DNA of 63,999 bases, the filler included, from Ionaspis alba (Eukaryota), in assembly GCA_964255285.1 (NCBI GenBank). It is 5 parts of 5 records of this genome, joined end to end, with 100 filler letters (N's around TTAATTAATTAA, not from the genome) between each part and the next. Parts side by side here need not be neighbours in the genome. Positions count along the whole stretch, not along the records: positions 1 to 13,416 come from CAXUUL010000461.1; positions 13,517 to 26,926 come from CAXUUL010000462.1; 3 more parts are not named here. The stretch is one strand, 5' to 3'. Both the position numbers and the translations under genes were made by a program. The notes beneath the pieces are model-generated. The model saw only the letters and a program-made list of their open reading frames with translations. It made no database searches and was not told the DNA's origin. Of this stretch, positions 11,735-25,572 are shown piece by piece (positions within the stretch are counted from its first letter, which is position 1; each line of letters begins with the position of its first letter).

Positions 11735-13353
11735 TCATCGTGACAGCTCTGATTCTAAAGAGTTTTTCTTCCCCTCCAGAGCATCTGACACCAGACCTTC
11801 ACGTATTAAACCCTCGGCCATAACGACAGCACCTTCCATATCTCCCTTGTTGTACAAGAACAATCCCTGTAAAGCAGCCGTACTTCTAGGTCTAGCAGGA
11901 CTAAGCATCTCTCCATTTGCCCCTTCGACGATCCCAAGCTGCTCAAGACGGCCTAGGAACTTAGCCTTCCACGTCCCATCCTTATCGAGATCACCGTAGA
12001 AACGATCCCACAAGTGATCTGCTTGCCAGCGCGTGGCTTCACCCAGGCGTACTGTCATATCTACCCGTCCAGGTCGGACCAAAGCCTCATCCAGACGCTC
12101 GACATGGTTAGTGGTGAGGAAGAGAATGCGTTCCTCAGCACTTGCGACACCATCCAGAGCATTCAGGAGACCTGAGAACGTGACATTCGCGCCTCGATAG
12201 CCATCCGCATCTGTCTGAGTCCGTCGGTTGCTGAACGCCGCGTCTGCGTCTTCCAGCAGAACAAGCGTTCGTCTTGGAATGACTGTCAGAAGGTGGTTCA
12301 GCCGATCATCGGTCAAGCCGTGCTCGCTCAGATTCAGCATCGCGATATTGTAATCGAGCTCGCCCGCCAGGGCCTGGATAAAAGAGCTCTTGCCGCTGCC
12401 CGGAGGGCCATGGAGCAAGTAGCCCCGCCGATACGGTATTCCGCGATCGTAGTACCATTTACCACTGCTCAGGAAATCCTTCACATCTGCAACGATCTTC
12501 TCCTTCACCCCTTCATCAAGAATGACTGATTCGAGAGGTCGCTTTCGCCTCGGCTCTCCAAAGTTCTCCCAGAACGTGCTCCTTGAGTTATAGACGATAA
12601 TCTTACCCTCATTAGATTGCTGTGCAAGCTGATGCGCCTCCAAAAAGAGGTCTTGGAATATATGACGCTGAGAGTATAGAGTTGTGAGGGTGATGGTCTC
12701 CCAAGGTGTTCCTCTCTGAAAATCCATAGACTTCGTTTCCCTAACACGATCGACCATCAAGAATGCGTTCTTATAACGCAATATGTGCTTTCCAGGCCCC
12801 GGAATAAGCGAGAAGTGCGTCTGCACCGAGCCATTGGGGTTCTCGATCTTCTCCGTCTCGATTGCTAGATGATGCATTCCGGGTGTAAAGCGACGTATCA
12901 AGGACTCGATGATGCCCGGTCTAGAGGCATTTGTGGGCAGATTGTTGCTAGGATTCGATAGGCTGGATGCTTTGCTAAGCTGGGCCCGCTGGTGCATCGT
13001 CATCCAGTAGAGGAACCATGGGTACGACTCGTCTTTGACGTTGATTTCCACATCGACAAGGAGGCGCCTTTTGAGCAGACTTGCTCCCTGAAGGAGGCCT
13101 TTTCGTGCGATACCGAGCGCGGCTCCTAGACCGGCTAGCCCCAACCCCTGCCTTATATATTAGAAATGTTTAGATGGAAGATGAACCTGGGACTTACCGC
13201 TGTGAAGAATGGGTTTCCCGTAAGTCGCGCATGGAGACTGCCATCTCCAGCTGTATTCTGACCATTCTGTGGTCGCAACAGCTCATCCTTGATATTCGAC
13301 GGAAAAGTCTCCGCATTCAAAGACGGTTTTGCGATTGGTACATCACTTGCCAT
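11735..13353 (-). CDS. BCS1: Mitochondrial AAA chaperone BCS1
   Basis: NPFFTA/GLGLAGLGA N-terminal TM, BCS1_N region (PGPGKH, WETITLT), GIPYRRGYLLHGPPGSGKSS Walker A, VTFSGLLNALDGVAS, ALVRPGRVD; one intron near 13150-13197. Confidence 0.97.
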
Positions 13354-13416
13354 GCCCAGCCCAGGTCATCTCACGTAGCAGGACATTTCGACAGAGTCCT
13401 TGTTGGGGTAAGGGAA

Positions 13417-13516
13417 NNNNNNNNNNNNNNNNNNNNNNNNNNNNNNNNNNNNNNNNNNNNTTAATTAATTAANNNNNNNNNNNNNNNNNNNNNNNNNNNN
13501 NNNNNNNNNNNNNNNN
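13417..13516. other. Artificial scaffold-joining linker N44-TTAATTAATTAA-N44
   Basis: Six-frame stop 12-mer at 13461-13472 centred in a 100-nt spacer; identical to three other linkers. Confidence 0.97.
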
Positions 13517-13534
13517 AACCACGTCTATCCCCAT

Positions 13535-14239
13535 CTATAGCGCTACTTGCTTGGCGGGTCTTTTCATGCACGTGCTACGTTCGATCCCTTTGCCTCCCCA
13601 CTTCCTCGTATCAACCTCAATGACATCGACATCCTCAAAGCCTTTCTTGCGATACAAATGGTAGCCTGCAGTGGAGGCTTCCAACCAGCAAAAGAGTCCT
13701 GCCTTATCGGCAGCGTCAGCACCCCACTGCACCAACTTGCCTCCCGCACCTCTTCTCTGATGGTCTGGATGCGTATCGAGTACGCTGAGCACTAGCGCAG
13801 ATCATCGGTCAATCCTACTTTTCATGGACTGTCAGGACGGCTACCTACGATAATGAGGCTTTCCTTCTAAGTGCTTCCAGCGCTTCTCCGTAAGCTGCCC
13901 AAAGAAAGCGTCAATGGCTTCTTGGTTGGCGCCTTCGCCGTAGTCCCTGACCTCCGGCTTCTTCCATTCACTCTCGGGCCTCGCTTCCTTATAGATGTAC
14001 CATTTGGCGAAAGCGATCACTTCGTCGTTGAGATCGGTGTCCACGATTTTCATGTATGTAATAACTGGGTTGTGGAAGTCCTTACGATTCTGCTCCAGAG
14101 CTTTGTTCTTGGCCTCGGGATCTTCGCCGCCACGTGGAAACATGATTTGGGTGAGTGGATCGGGTGCAAAGGCTTCGAACAGAATCTCCACGATGCGTTC
14201 TAGGTCAGCCTCAACAGCTGGTTGCATGAGGAGCGGCAT
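13535..14239 (-). CDS. GNAT family N-acetyltransferase (two exons)
   Basis: MPLLMQPAVEADLERIVEILFEAF...IAFAKW.../LSVLDTHPDHQRRGAGGKLV (acetyl-CoA motif A)...WLEASTAGYHLYRKKGF. Confidence 0.92.
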
Positions 14240-14968
14240 CTTGAATGAGGTGTGTCGTGCGGAGACGAAGCCGATGTTCTGGGATTGTTGGCCAGCTATA
14301 TATATGCAACTTGGAGGGAAGCCAGTCTTGCCGTAACTCGAACAAGCAGTAAGCGGAGTAATCAAAGGCCTGTGACTCAGACTACTTGTGTGCACGAAGA
14401 ATTGTCATGGCTCGTCGCCTTGCAGGAGGAGAGGTTGGTGGTAACGAGTCCCACGCAAGAGAGCACCCCCTTCTAGCTATGATAACACCTCGCTGCGAAC
14501 GTTCTTACAAGATAGGATCAGCCCACGAACGCCTGACGACTTCCTGTAACCCTAGTGAGAAATGATGCTGCGGTGAGAAGGAAGAGGTATGCGAGAAAGC
14601 CACATGCAGCAGTAGTGAACTCCTGCAATAGATTACGCGGTCCTGCTATGATTTGTATTATTGCTTGTGACTCACAAGCTGGAATCATATCACTACGAGT
14701 CGTCACACTAAGTNNNNNNNNNNNNNNNNNNNNNNNNNNNNNNNNNNNNNNNNNNNNNNNNNNNNNNNNNNNNNNNNNNNNNNNNNNNNNNNNNNNNNNN
14801 NNNNNNNNNNNNNATCATAGACTTCGACGGCTATTTCGGACAAAATTCGTGTACCAACAGTAGACTATGCAGAATTGGACGCATCACCCGATTGTCTCGA
14901 CCTCTACAGTACGCTCACCTAGGGATTCGCCGCCGGGACGGTAGTTCGATGCTGTGCTGCATATAAGC

Positions 14969-17900
14969 ATGGCTGAAGTCTTGGCCCGGATCCAGTCAGT
15001 CCACTCTTCCTGAGTTCCATTGGCGGGGTGACACTGATAGCATGATTGAATAAGGGAGCTCCAACAGCTGGACCCAGTCATACATTGGTTCTGCGACCGA
15101 CAAGATGGCATTCCGCTTGCAGAAGACAGATCATCCCTCCTGGACCGTAAGCCTTCAAAAGCCGAAGCGTCGACCGAATATCGCCATGAGCTCTTACAGG
15201 AGTGCTTGCAGCTCTTTGCGTACGAGAGTCCCGATGCTGGTCCTCCAAAGGAAACACTGTCTCAGGGCATAGATAGACAGCTGGGCAAATGTGATGTTTG
15301 CATCGTGGAATACTACAAACTGAAACAGAAAATGTTAGAGGATTTAAGAAGGTATGCTGCTGCATCATGAAGCCGATGCTGTCAGAACATATTATGTTCA
15401 ATGACCTAAATTTTGAGTAGCGAATACGACGAAGGAGAGGTCGAACAGTTTGCACATATATTCGACCAAAGGGACATTGCTCGCATCAAACGTGGCTTGA
15501 ATCTTGCGACTATCCGATTGAGGAGTCTACCCCCAGAAAAGCAGGGGAGACAAGCACTAGAGCAACCAGCACTTCTCGCAGTCTTCGAGGCTCTTAGTTG
15601 TGAGCGTTTCCTGCTCGACAAGGATCTCGTGCTTGGCCATCTTGAGGAACCATTCAGTTTACTTCAAACAAATACAAGACTACAGGTCACCCATTTTGTG
15701 CCCGCAACGACCATTTTCTTGTTTGATTCCGATGCTGCTCGCTGTTCCTGGGCTATGCATGCTTGGGTCAAGTATCGTACTCGGCCAACAAAGAAGGATT
15801 TTGATTTTGCCATTCGCGATCCGCTTTCGAGGGCTCTAACACTGGCTTCAGGTACACTTCCTGACCTCAATTACACCCAAAGACTGTGGTGTGGTATTCG
15901 TCTTATAGTCGAAAAACTTGATACGGATCTCATTACACACTCTCTTCGCGCCATGGACGTTGATGTATGTAGGCTAGCTCTTGAACACCTACAGTTTGAC
16001 ACAGCAGGGCTGAGATTCCTACTTCAAACAATCGAGAAGATAATGAGTAAAGCTCCAAGAGACTTCTGGGACGCTATGGGGCCTATTTCACCCACCACAT
16101 TTATCGAACAAATCTTCAACAACAAACAATACGACAGATACATGCTCGAGGCAAATCGGGATTCTGCCTATGAACACTCGGCTCTCAAAGACATGCTGTC
16201 ATGGATCCAACCATTTATAGAATCTCTGCAAACCTCGCAGCTACCGGATGCGTGCCGGTCACTTACGTTTCAGTTGATGGACAGACTACAGTCCGACAGA
16301 TTCCCCGAGTATTCAAGGACCGAATGCTATCACAATGGCCTTGGGGTTCTTATCTCCACACTTACCAAATGTAACAAGGACAAAGCAATCTTCAATGGCG
16401 TGGGGCGTGTCGTGGCTGCAGAGACACTGAAGCTCACCAGTACCTATGTCAAGGACATACTGTCTATTCCAAGCCTGCCTGAGAACGATGAAAGACACCT
16501 CGCGCTTGCGGACCCTTGTCTCAGGGTAATCAGGTCTGCCCTTGCCCTCGAATGCATGTCTTTGAAGATAGACCAGGAGGCTCTACAGCAAAAGGACCAG
16601 TTACCTTCGGGCTTCAGCTCATACTCTCCCTCGATATGGGATGCCGTCGTTCGCCAACTCGATAGCGGCAACGTTCTCCTCGCGAAAGCCGCGTTGTCGG
16701 GTATTAGTGATTTAACAGGACTGGAGAAATTCGCCACGAAAGGAAACACAAAGCATGTCAAGGAGAAGAGCGAATTCAATGTAGTCTTTGGACAATTAAC
16801 ACATCTCGTGACGCAGATGCTGGAGAGAATCAATGATTTCGATCCCGCTGATCTTGACAAGCTTTTCAGGTTTCCAGAAACTGCCATAGCCCTTGTAGCA
16901 TCTCTCTTCTCGGCTGACTCCAATATGTATGAGGCTGGCATCAATCTTATCAAAAGCATCAGTGGACAAGTCACGAGAAAGGATGCCATCAGTCATCTTT
17001 TGTTACCTTTCTTTGAGACCACTCTCAATAGCTTCTCCTGGTCTGTTCGACGAATTGCTCACAAAAGGACATTTGCTTCATGTCCTAGGATGCTGAAGAC
17101 CTGTAATGATGTCCTAGACATTCTGTGCGATTCTCAAGAAGGCCTTCTACGCACCCGAGTGCTTTCTAGTGTGGTAGAGGTCAAAGCAGTTGAAAATTTC
17201 TGGGAGCACCAGTGGGAAGGCCTCAAGGTGATCTACGAGATGACGGAAGACTGGAGTCGTCGAACTAGTGATGCTGCTTCAATGAAAGACTTTTGCAGAG
17301 ACACGATGCAATTTTCAGAGCATTATTTCGATCAGTACAGCATCTTCGCCAGCGCGGTAGACTCTGCAACGATGGTAAAGCAAGAACCTGGACTTTCCAC
17401 GCGTCAGAACGAACGGCCGTTAGCCGGTAAAGAGCTCCTCCGACATCCATCAATGACCATGGAAGCAATGGTGAAATGGTTGAGGCTTAGGGACGAGTAC
17501 CTGGCTTCTACGTCGGTTAATCTGGTCACAAAGGTGCTCAATCGATTAACGGAATGGAAGATGTCTCTCCCTCACGGCGCAACGACTTTTCTCGAGCAGG
17601 TAGTAGTCGCTCAGACAAGGACAATATTGAATCCACAGCAAAAGGCCGAGGTCGCGAGAGCACTGGAGGAGAACCTTGACAGACCCATTCTGTTTGGAGC
17701 GGTAGAAAGTGATCGGTCTGATCGATCTCGATCCCAGTCTGCCCATGATTCAGGCGCTGATATGAAGGGAGGGTCAAAACAAAGCAGTAGGCCAAAAGTG
17801 AAGTCAGGCATTATAGATCTGGAGGCATGGTCTGCGAAAGCCAAGAAGCCGCGGGAGGTCATCGAACTGAAGGACGACGACGAATTTGGCGACTCGGACG

Positions 17901-20900
17901 TACTAGATGAAGACATAATTGCTGCGAGCAGATCTGTGGAAATGTTCAAGAAACAGCAGGCAGCCAAAGCATCTTCAAGAAAAGAGAAGGACCCAAGTAC
18001 TCTAAGGTTGCCAACTCTAGCGAGTTCATTTCAAGCCCCTCGATCAGACCTACAGAAGCAAGCTGCTCAGGCCACATTTAGAGAGAAACGCGAGAAGGAA
18101 ATCTTGGCAAAGAAGAAGAGGGATGCGGAGGCCCTCGCAAGGGTGAAGAGGAATCTTCCTCAGCGGGGTATTGCAGAGCAGACCTCATCCGAAGGGTCAG
18201 CGCTTGAAAATTTGGGTATATTGGGAAAGGATCATGGTCCAAAAGGCACCGGAATGATGGTATCCTCTGGCTCTGACACAGACTCGGACGATGAGTTGGA
18301 TCAGGAGCTCTTCGGTGGAAGCTCAAAGTCCGTGAAAGTTTCCAGCGCGGTCCTGGACTACCGAGCAAGCAGATCTCAACAAATGATGGCCAAAGGGCCC
18401 GTCAAGAAGACGAGGCAGATTCGATCTGCTAAGGATATGCGAGCACGCCTGTCTCCCGATCTCTCTAGCTTACATAAGGTAATACTGAGCTGGGACTTCT
18501 TCCACATCGGCGATTTCCCACCTCATTCATCTCGAGACGATTACAGCTTGGTATCCAATACATTTCGGGACCCCACGGACTATCAGAGGACATTCGAACC
18601 ACTGCTTGTCTTGGAAGCTTGGCAAGGACTTTTGAGATCGAAGGAGGAGAGCTCTTTCAAGAACTTCCCTGTCAAGGTGGTTAATCGAATGACCGTCGAT
18701 TCATTGATCGAATTAAGCACAACTTTGGATCTTGCTGATGGAAAGGAGATTGGTATTATGGAAGCAGATATCGTCCTTCTGAAAAGAGCGAACGCCCCTC
18801 CTGACGAGTCAAGTCAACCGCACTGTCTTGCTCGAGTATTCAAGATTTCGAAGAAAAGGGCACTGCTTGAGATATCATACCGCGTCACTGTGGGAAACAG
18901 CCTCGTTTCCTCGATGGTACCGAAAGCCGAACTGCAAGGCGTGAAGGTATCTTCGATCACTCCACTCGAACGAGAGTACGGCGCTTTACTCGGCCTTCAG
19001 TACTATGATCTCTGTGATGAGATTGTAAAGGCCAGGGCTTCGCCATTGTTGAAGTACACAGATAGGCAGCTTGAACCCATTGCTAGCAACTACAAGTTAA
19101 ATACTGCACAGGCAAAAGCTGTACGCTCTGCCATAGATAACGATGCTTTCACTCTTATCCAAGGGTAAGTGCTTCTACTGGTGCAGGGACAGAAGTAGTG
19201 TGCTAATGGAAAGTTTTAGCCCCCCTGGCTCGGGTAAGACAAAGACCATAGTTGCAATCGTCGGGGCTCTTTTGACAAACTCCCTGCGGAACACGGCTGG
19301 CGTTGCTATAATACGTCCTCAGCAAGTGAACGGTAGCCTTGGGTCGCAAAAGCCGCCAATAGCTTCGAAAAAGCTGTTAGTATGCGCTCCGAGTAATGCT
19401 GCAGTGGACGAGCTTGTTATGCGACTGAAGCAGGGCGTCAAAACCCTTAATGGTGATTTCCACAGGTTATCCATTGTCAGGATAGGGCGAAGCGACAATA
19501 TTAACACCAATGTGCTGGACGTCACCCTCGAAGAATTGGTGAATGCAAAACTTAACCTCGTGGATTCGAAGACGACGAGCACTAGCGACGATATCGGAAA
19601 GCTCATGTTAGACCACAAAACTGCTTGTGAGGAATATGTGGCACTGAGGACCAAAGTCGAGGACGCGAGGACAAAAGGCCAGTCTGCCACTCCTGAGCAG
19701 GATCGTGAGTTTGAGGTATTGAAGCGAAAGAAGCAGCAGTTAAGCAATCAAATCGATCTTCTGAAAGACAGTGGAAACACTGTGGCAAGGAACGCGGAGA
19801 TCAATAGACACCGGGCCCAGCAAGAAATTCTGAACGGAGCGGACGTGGTCTGTGCCACGCTTAGTGGTAGTGGCCATGATATGTTCCAGAAACTTACCAT
19901 TGAGTTCGAGACTGTTGTTATCGACGAAGCAGCGCAGTCTATCGAATTGAGCGCCCTAATACCTCTGAAGTACGGATGTGCTAAATGTATCATGGTTGGC
20001 GACCCCAAACAGTTGCCGCCTACGGTACTCTCTAGAGAAGCAGCCCGCTTCCAATACGAGCAGAGCTTGTTCGTTCGGATGCAGACCAATCACCCTGACG
20101 ACGTTCACCTACTGGACACTCAATATCGGATGCATCCAGAGATCAGTCTGTTCCCAAGCCAGGCCTTTTACGACGGAAAGCTCTTGGATGGGCCAGGAAT
20201 GGCAACCTCAAGAACACAGCCTTGGCATGAATCCCAGGTACTCGGACCATATCGCTTTTTCGACGTACAAGGCGTCCATCAAAGTGCACCAAAAGGGCAC
20301 TCGTTAATCAACGTCGCGGAGCTCGAGGTGGCCTTGCAACTATTCGACCGCTTAATGAGAGACTACAAAGGCTATGACTTCAAAGGCAAAGTTGGAATCA
20401 TCACACCTTACAAGAGCCAGCTCAGAGAGCTCCGAGCTCGTTTTGCAGGTCGATATGGTGAGAGCATATTCAAGACTATCGAATTCAATACTACAGATGC
20501 ATTTCAAGGTCGCGAGAGTGAGGTCATCATATTCTCTTGTGTGCGGGCCGCAGCAGGTAGAGGCATAGGGTTCTTGTCTGATATTCGACGGATGAATGTT
20601 GGTATCACTCGTGCGAAATCATCCCTGTGGGTCCTGGGAAATTCTCAATCACTGATGCAGGGTGAGTTTTGGGGCAGATTGATTCGGGATGCCAAGATTC
20701 GAAAGTGCTACATAGACGGGAACATTGTCGATATGCTGAAGAAGCCTGTGAGCCCTGTTCTATCGAGACCACGAGAGATAGTTCCTAGCTTGCCAAAACA
20801 GGGGGAGAATATCGATACGCAGCAAGACATCGACATGACGGATGCGCCAACAGTCAATGAGTCGATAATTAAACAAAATCATCACGCGCGGAAGCCTGTG

Positions 20901-21939
20901 GACACGGAAATGCTAGATATCGCATCAGACCCGGACAGCGGAAAGCGACCTCCCACGACAGACACAAGTTCTTCGTATCGTCCTTCCGGCGGAAATGGAC
21001 TGAACCCGTTAGCTATGTGCGATTGGTGTGGTAGTTATGAACATGTCACCCGTGCGTGTGACAACGAAGTGGCTAAAAAAGTCGGGTTTCGGTGCTATCG
21101 ATGCCACGATCTCGGCCATTCTATGGCCTTCTGCAAAGCCGAACGATGTCTAGAATGTGGAGAGCTCGGCCATCTTGCAAACATCTGTACTAGTGCCAAG
21201 GTACTATCAAGGTCCGACAAAGAGGACGTTCGCCGACTCGAAAGGGACTGGAAAAGTGCCTCCCAAAAGGCTCCTGAGCAGCAGCGCAAGAAGCAGGTTG
21301 GTAGTCATGACAAATCCATTCCTATGGTAAGAGCCACACGGAAGACCCCACCGCCTGATCAACAGTTCCCTAAGATTCCGAAAAGCACTGGCTTCGCATC
21401 GCAGAAACGCAAGCGCGACTCGTCCCCGCCCGGTCATCTCCCCAAAGACCCAAGAGTAGAGTCGGCAGATGCGAAAACCAATGGTCGTTCCCGGCTTCTC
21501 CACCCTACTCGAGCCGACCATCTTATTCGACCTTCAAGCTCGCATTCTCCAGCAAGCACGACAGACAGTGCCGCAGAGCACGCAGCTTCAACAAACGCGT
21601 CCGGACACCGAAATGGAATTCTATCATATACCCGTGGAGAACAGCCGGCCAAAGCTGGGGTTGGTCTTCCTATACAGGGGGAGCATGGTTCAAAGGGGAA
21701 ACATTTGGTTGCAACACCAGTCCTTGAGGATTCAGCCACCAGAACCCCAAATGACCAGAAAGGGATTTCGGTTTCAAAGGTGGATGAATCTACCATATAA
21801 GGAGATACCAATGTATAGGTCTCGCTGATCAATGCAGGAACCCGAACCTACGGCGAAAGCAGCTCCCAGCCATCCTCCTCAGATAAAGAAAAAAAGGGAG
21901 GTCGACCCATTCATTCGACCAAAACAAAGGCGTAGATGA
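14969..21939 (+). CDS. SEN1: Sen1 RNA/DNA helicase (senataxin homolog), five exons, with C-terminal CCHC knuckles
   Basis: SEN1_N start MAEVLARIQ/ELQQLDPVIHWFC...CDVCIVEYY, long helical N-domain, and SF1 motifs TLIQG/PPGSGKTKT, LVCAPSNAAVDE, VIDEAAQ, GDPKQLPPT, QYRMHP, TTDAFQGRE, RRMNVGITRAK. Last exon ...KKKREVDPFIRPKQRRR* ends at 21939. Confidence 0.95.
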
Positions 21940-23206
21940 GTTTGGATCTTACTTGGTGCGTAGTACAACACAAGACATGCTCACTGGTTGGGCACGATGC
22001 AATCGCAATTGCAATTTCTTCATTAATGGTTTTTGGAGGTCTGCATAAGCGTTGGCGCTTATCTTGACAGGAAAAGGGTGGACAACTTGCATTAGGCTGG
22101 CGTACAGGCTTAGATATGATTCGACTTCAGTAAAGAGAAGGCTGTCCAGGCGCAGTCAAGCTACCCTTGGCTGCAGGGAGGGAGCGGGACCGGAGGTGAA
22201 GCCAAAGTCGTAGATCAAGATGGTCTCTGCATCCGGGAAGCAGCGCATGTTCGTCGTAGACAGTAGTCTGGCATTAGAGTACAGATGATCAGTAAGTGAC
22301 ATGCTGGAGAATCCGACCCCCAATCCCTGATCTTGTGCATACTTTGTCTCGAAGGCGATTCGATGAGCCGTGCCGACCATTCGAATATGGAAATATCAGG
22401 AACAACGTTTTGGATCAGTCGGTCTTAGCCGATTTGCGAGTGGCGGGATTCCCGGATCTGATGCAGTGTCACTTCTCACATCTGCACCACACCTGCACTC
22501 TATCTGCCTCCATGCTGCGTCCGGACACCACCGACTAGATAATACACATCATCAATTCGAAATAGTCCAATCAAAGCGTGTCCCGACTCCTCTACGATCT
22601 ACGAGGCATGAGATTGACGGGGGAGCAGGTCTTCTAGAAGACCACTAGCCAGATAGCGTTCTACGCAACTCTCCAACTCAACGACCTGACCTATCTGAAC
22701 ATGCTGAATGGAAGCCTATCACCTTTATTATCACTACCTGTGCGCTATGGAGCCCCTTTTCCGTACGTCGAGTTGTGATCCTTGGCTCGAGAGTCAATCT
22801 GCATATGCATTTTATGCACGCGTCCCACTCCAGTTGCCCCACTCCAAGTTCTCACCCCTTGCTTTGCAATACATTAAAAAAGACGATTGTTGTTTATACC
22901 CATGTCCTTCATGAGAGAGCTATGCTTTGAAAGGCATGTGCCAGCAGTGAAAATTCTCAGATAGCAGCTGGTCTTCGACCGGCGTCAGGTCACCGATCTA
23001 CAGAAACGCAGGCCAGTAGACTCGGCTGGAGTAGCACGCTGTCACCCGTATCGACCAACCCCTTGCTAGTCGTACAATGCAACTACCCGACGTCGCCCGT
23101 GATATTGTGCCTGTTCAGCGACCCAGTATGCGGACTGGCCAAGAGTGACGTTGCTCATGTGTCTGCTCCCAACACGAGATCATCATTCCCTACACGAGCC
23201 GGAGGT

Positions 23207-25425
23207 ATGGGCTACAGCTTCGATACGAGTCAAGTCGATTCCCGCGAGAATCTCCAGCAATTTGGTCGACGTGTACCCGAGACAGCACGATCATATCTCC
23301 CGCGAAGTGCCTGGACAAATCAAAGTGAAGATATTGATCTAATCAGAGACGGTTTGGACGCCGAACCCTCTGGAGATTCGGCCTCTCCTGAAGATCATCC
23401 TTCCCGGAAACGGCTCTCAGCACTGTCTCGTACCAATTCGCAGGGCAAGAAGCGCGCCCTCGACATCTTGAGTATTTCTTCCAGGCCAATTAGACGGTTG
23501 TTGCAGTCCCGATCGGCGTCGCCTGCACCATCCTTAAGGAAAAATATAGCGCAACAGGAAACAGCAACCGGGGTTCGGTACTGCCAAATTGTTCAAGATC
23601 AGAGGAAGCTTACAAACTTGGAAAATCCCTCGGCATCCCGTGTCAATTGCCGGGACGAGTTCAAGACAACGCGTACGACAAAGAAACACCGAAGTGTAGA
23701 GCGAAAGCTGGTGATGAGCGTAAACAAGACGACTACGCCACCCAAAGAATCTGAGAGCTTTTTGGGTCCTCAATCCCAATTAATGGACAGCGACGGACTC
23801 GGATGGGAAAAGGAGCATCCAGACTGGGTTGCAGCCGACCGAAGAAATCCATCGCCTCAAAGACTACCTGTCACACATGATGGCGATGCTTCGAGTAAGC
23901 CGATTCCGTCCCCGAGACATAAGGTAGGGCCAATAGCTCGCGGTTCTGCTCACAAAGACTTCGCGATGTCGTTCGAACCGCGATCCACGGAGCCCGCAAG
24001 GCAGGCTGCTACCAGAAGCCCCCTTCAGACTCAAGCTTTGAACAGCCGGGTCCCAAATCCGTACCCTGCCATACCATCAAGCCACGTATCGGCGACTTTG
24101 CCACCAGGTCCTCTCTGCCAGCCCAACTCGGCGCCATCAAAAAAACCCCAAGATTCCTCTCCTTTAGCCACAGATGCGTTCCGACAACCCTCGTGTCAGG
24201 AAGATTCCCCGCATCGGTCTTCAACAAGTGTGGATTCAAGGACCTCCTTCCCACAACCACCGCAGCCCTCGACAAGCATCTCTGTCGCAAAGGGTGCAGT
24301 ATCGGAACCTTCGTCAGGGGCGGCTATGAACGCGCCACAGTCAGATCTCGCACGTATACGACAGCCTCCGAATCCTGGACCTGCTCCCACCGGACCTCTT
24401 CCACCGGTCCCGCAAAATCGCAGTTCCGCAAGCTGCAAATCATCAGATTCAGGCAAAGAGATGCATGAGAGCGATGACGACCCCGAGAGGCTTCGCACTA
24501 CTATACTCCCTAAGACTTCAGTGAGGTGGGGACAACCCATGAGCGACGTCATCGAAGATACAAACCCAACGAACTTGCCGATAAGGGTAAATACATTCCC
24601 ATGTCTTGACGAAGTCTGGCCGCGGCCACCACAATCTCTAGTCACTAGAGGGGTTCATTCCCCCAAGATGAGTGAAGCTTTGGTGCCTGCCGCCTTCGAT
24701 TGTGAGGATACATTTGGCTTCAAAAAACGTCTTGAGAAATCCGAAGCTGCAAAGCGACGTCACTTAGGGCAAGCTCGATTGCATCCAGGTATTACCCCGC
24801 CAGCAGATGGAGAGGGTCTAGATGGACAGCCGCGAACGGAAGCAAGGAACGATTCTGTGATATCCCTGCCACGCCACACAGATACGCAGGGTTCTAAAGA
24901 TTTGAGCCTCAAAAATGGTCTGCCCGGGCCACCAGCTCAAGGATTGAATGCAACGAGACCCTCAATCGAGCGGAACGGAGGGCAACACTCTGTGGAGCGA
25001 CGCATCAAGTACAGGAATCATGGTACCCAGTACTCGCCACCAAGAAGAGAAATCCTAATCTCACCACCAGGGTCGCCAACACTTCTTGTCTTCGATGATG
25101 AAGGCAACCAGAGCGAAAAGACGAGCCGACCGTCGTTACCGAGGCGTATGTCCAGCAAACGTAGTGTTGAGCACTCGGATGTCCTGCACACGGAGAGAGC
25201 AGAGAGCTTGGCATGGTATCTTGCAGACCTGGAATCACGAATCGAAACAAGAATGCTGGCATTTGAGAGGCGAACGATGCTTCTGGAGGCTGCGCTCCTT
25301 GCGGTCATCAATACTTCAGCCAATTTTGCAGCGGAGGAGCGGTCGAGCAATGGACACCGATCGAGCGGGCTTAGTGAACGCAGTGAGAAGTACAGCGCTC
25401 TTGAGTCGAAGCTGGAAGCTATGAT
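23207..25425 (+). CDS. Large Pro/Ser-rich low-complexity protein with C-terminal coiled coil; 3' end lost in gap, start uncertain
   Basis: Open frame of >700 codons with PAPTGPLPPVP-like motifs and LESRIETRMLAFERRTMLLEAALLAVI heptads, running into the N gap at 25426. Confidence 0.7.
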
Positions 25426-25572
25426 NNNNNNNNNNNNNNNNNNNNNNNNNNNNNNNNNNNNNNNNNNNNNNNNNNNNNNNNNNNNNNNNNNNNNNNNNNN
25501 NNNNNNNNNNNNNNNNNNNNNNNNNCTCTCCCCTTTACCTTCAATTGTGACCCACCTCCAATTGCGATCACC

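Noticed and set aside
15600..21832. Many antisense and alternate-frame ORFs within SEN1
   Set aside because: Fully explained by overlap with the SEN1 coding strand.
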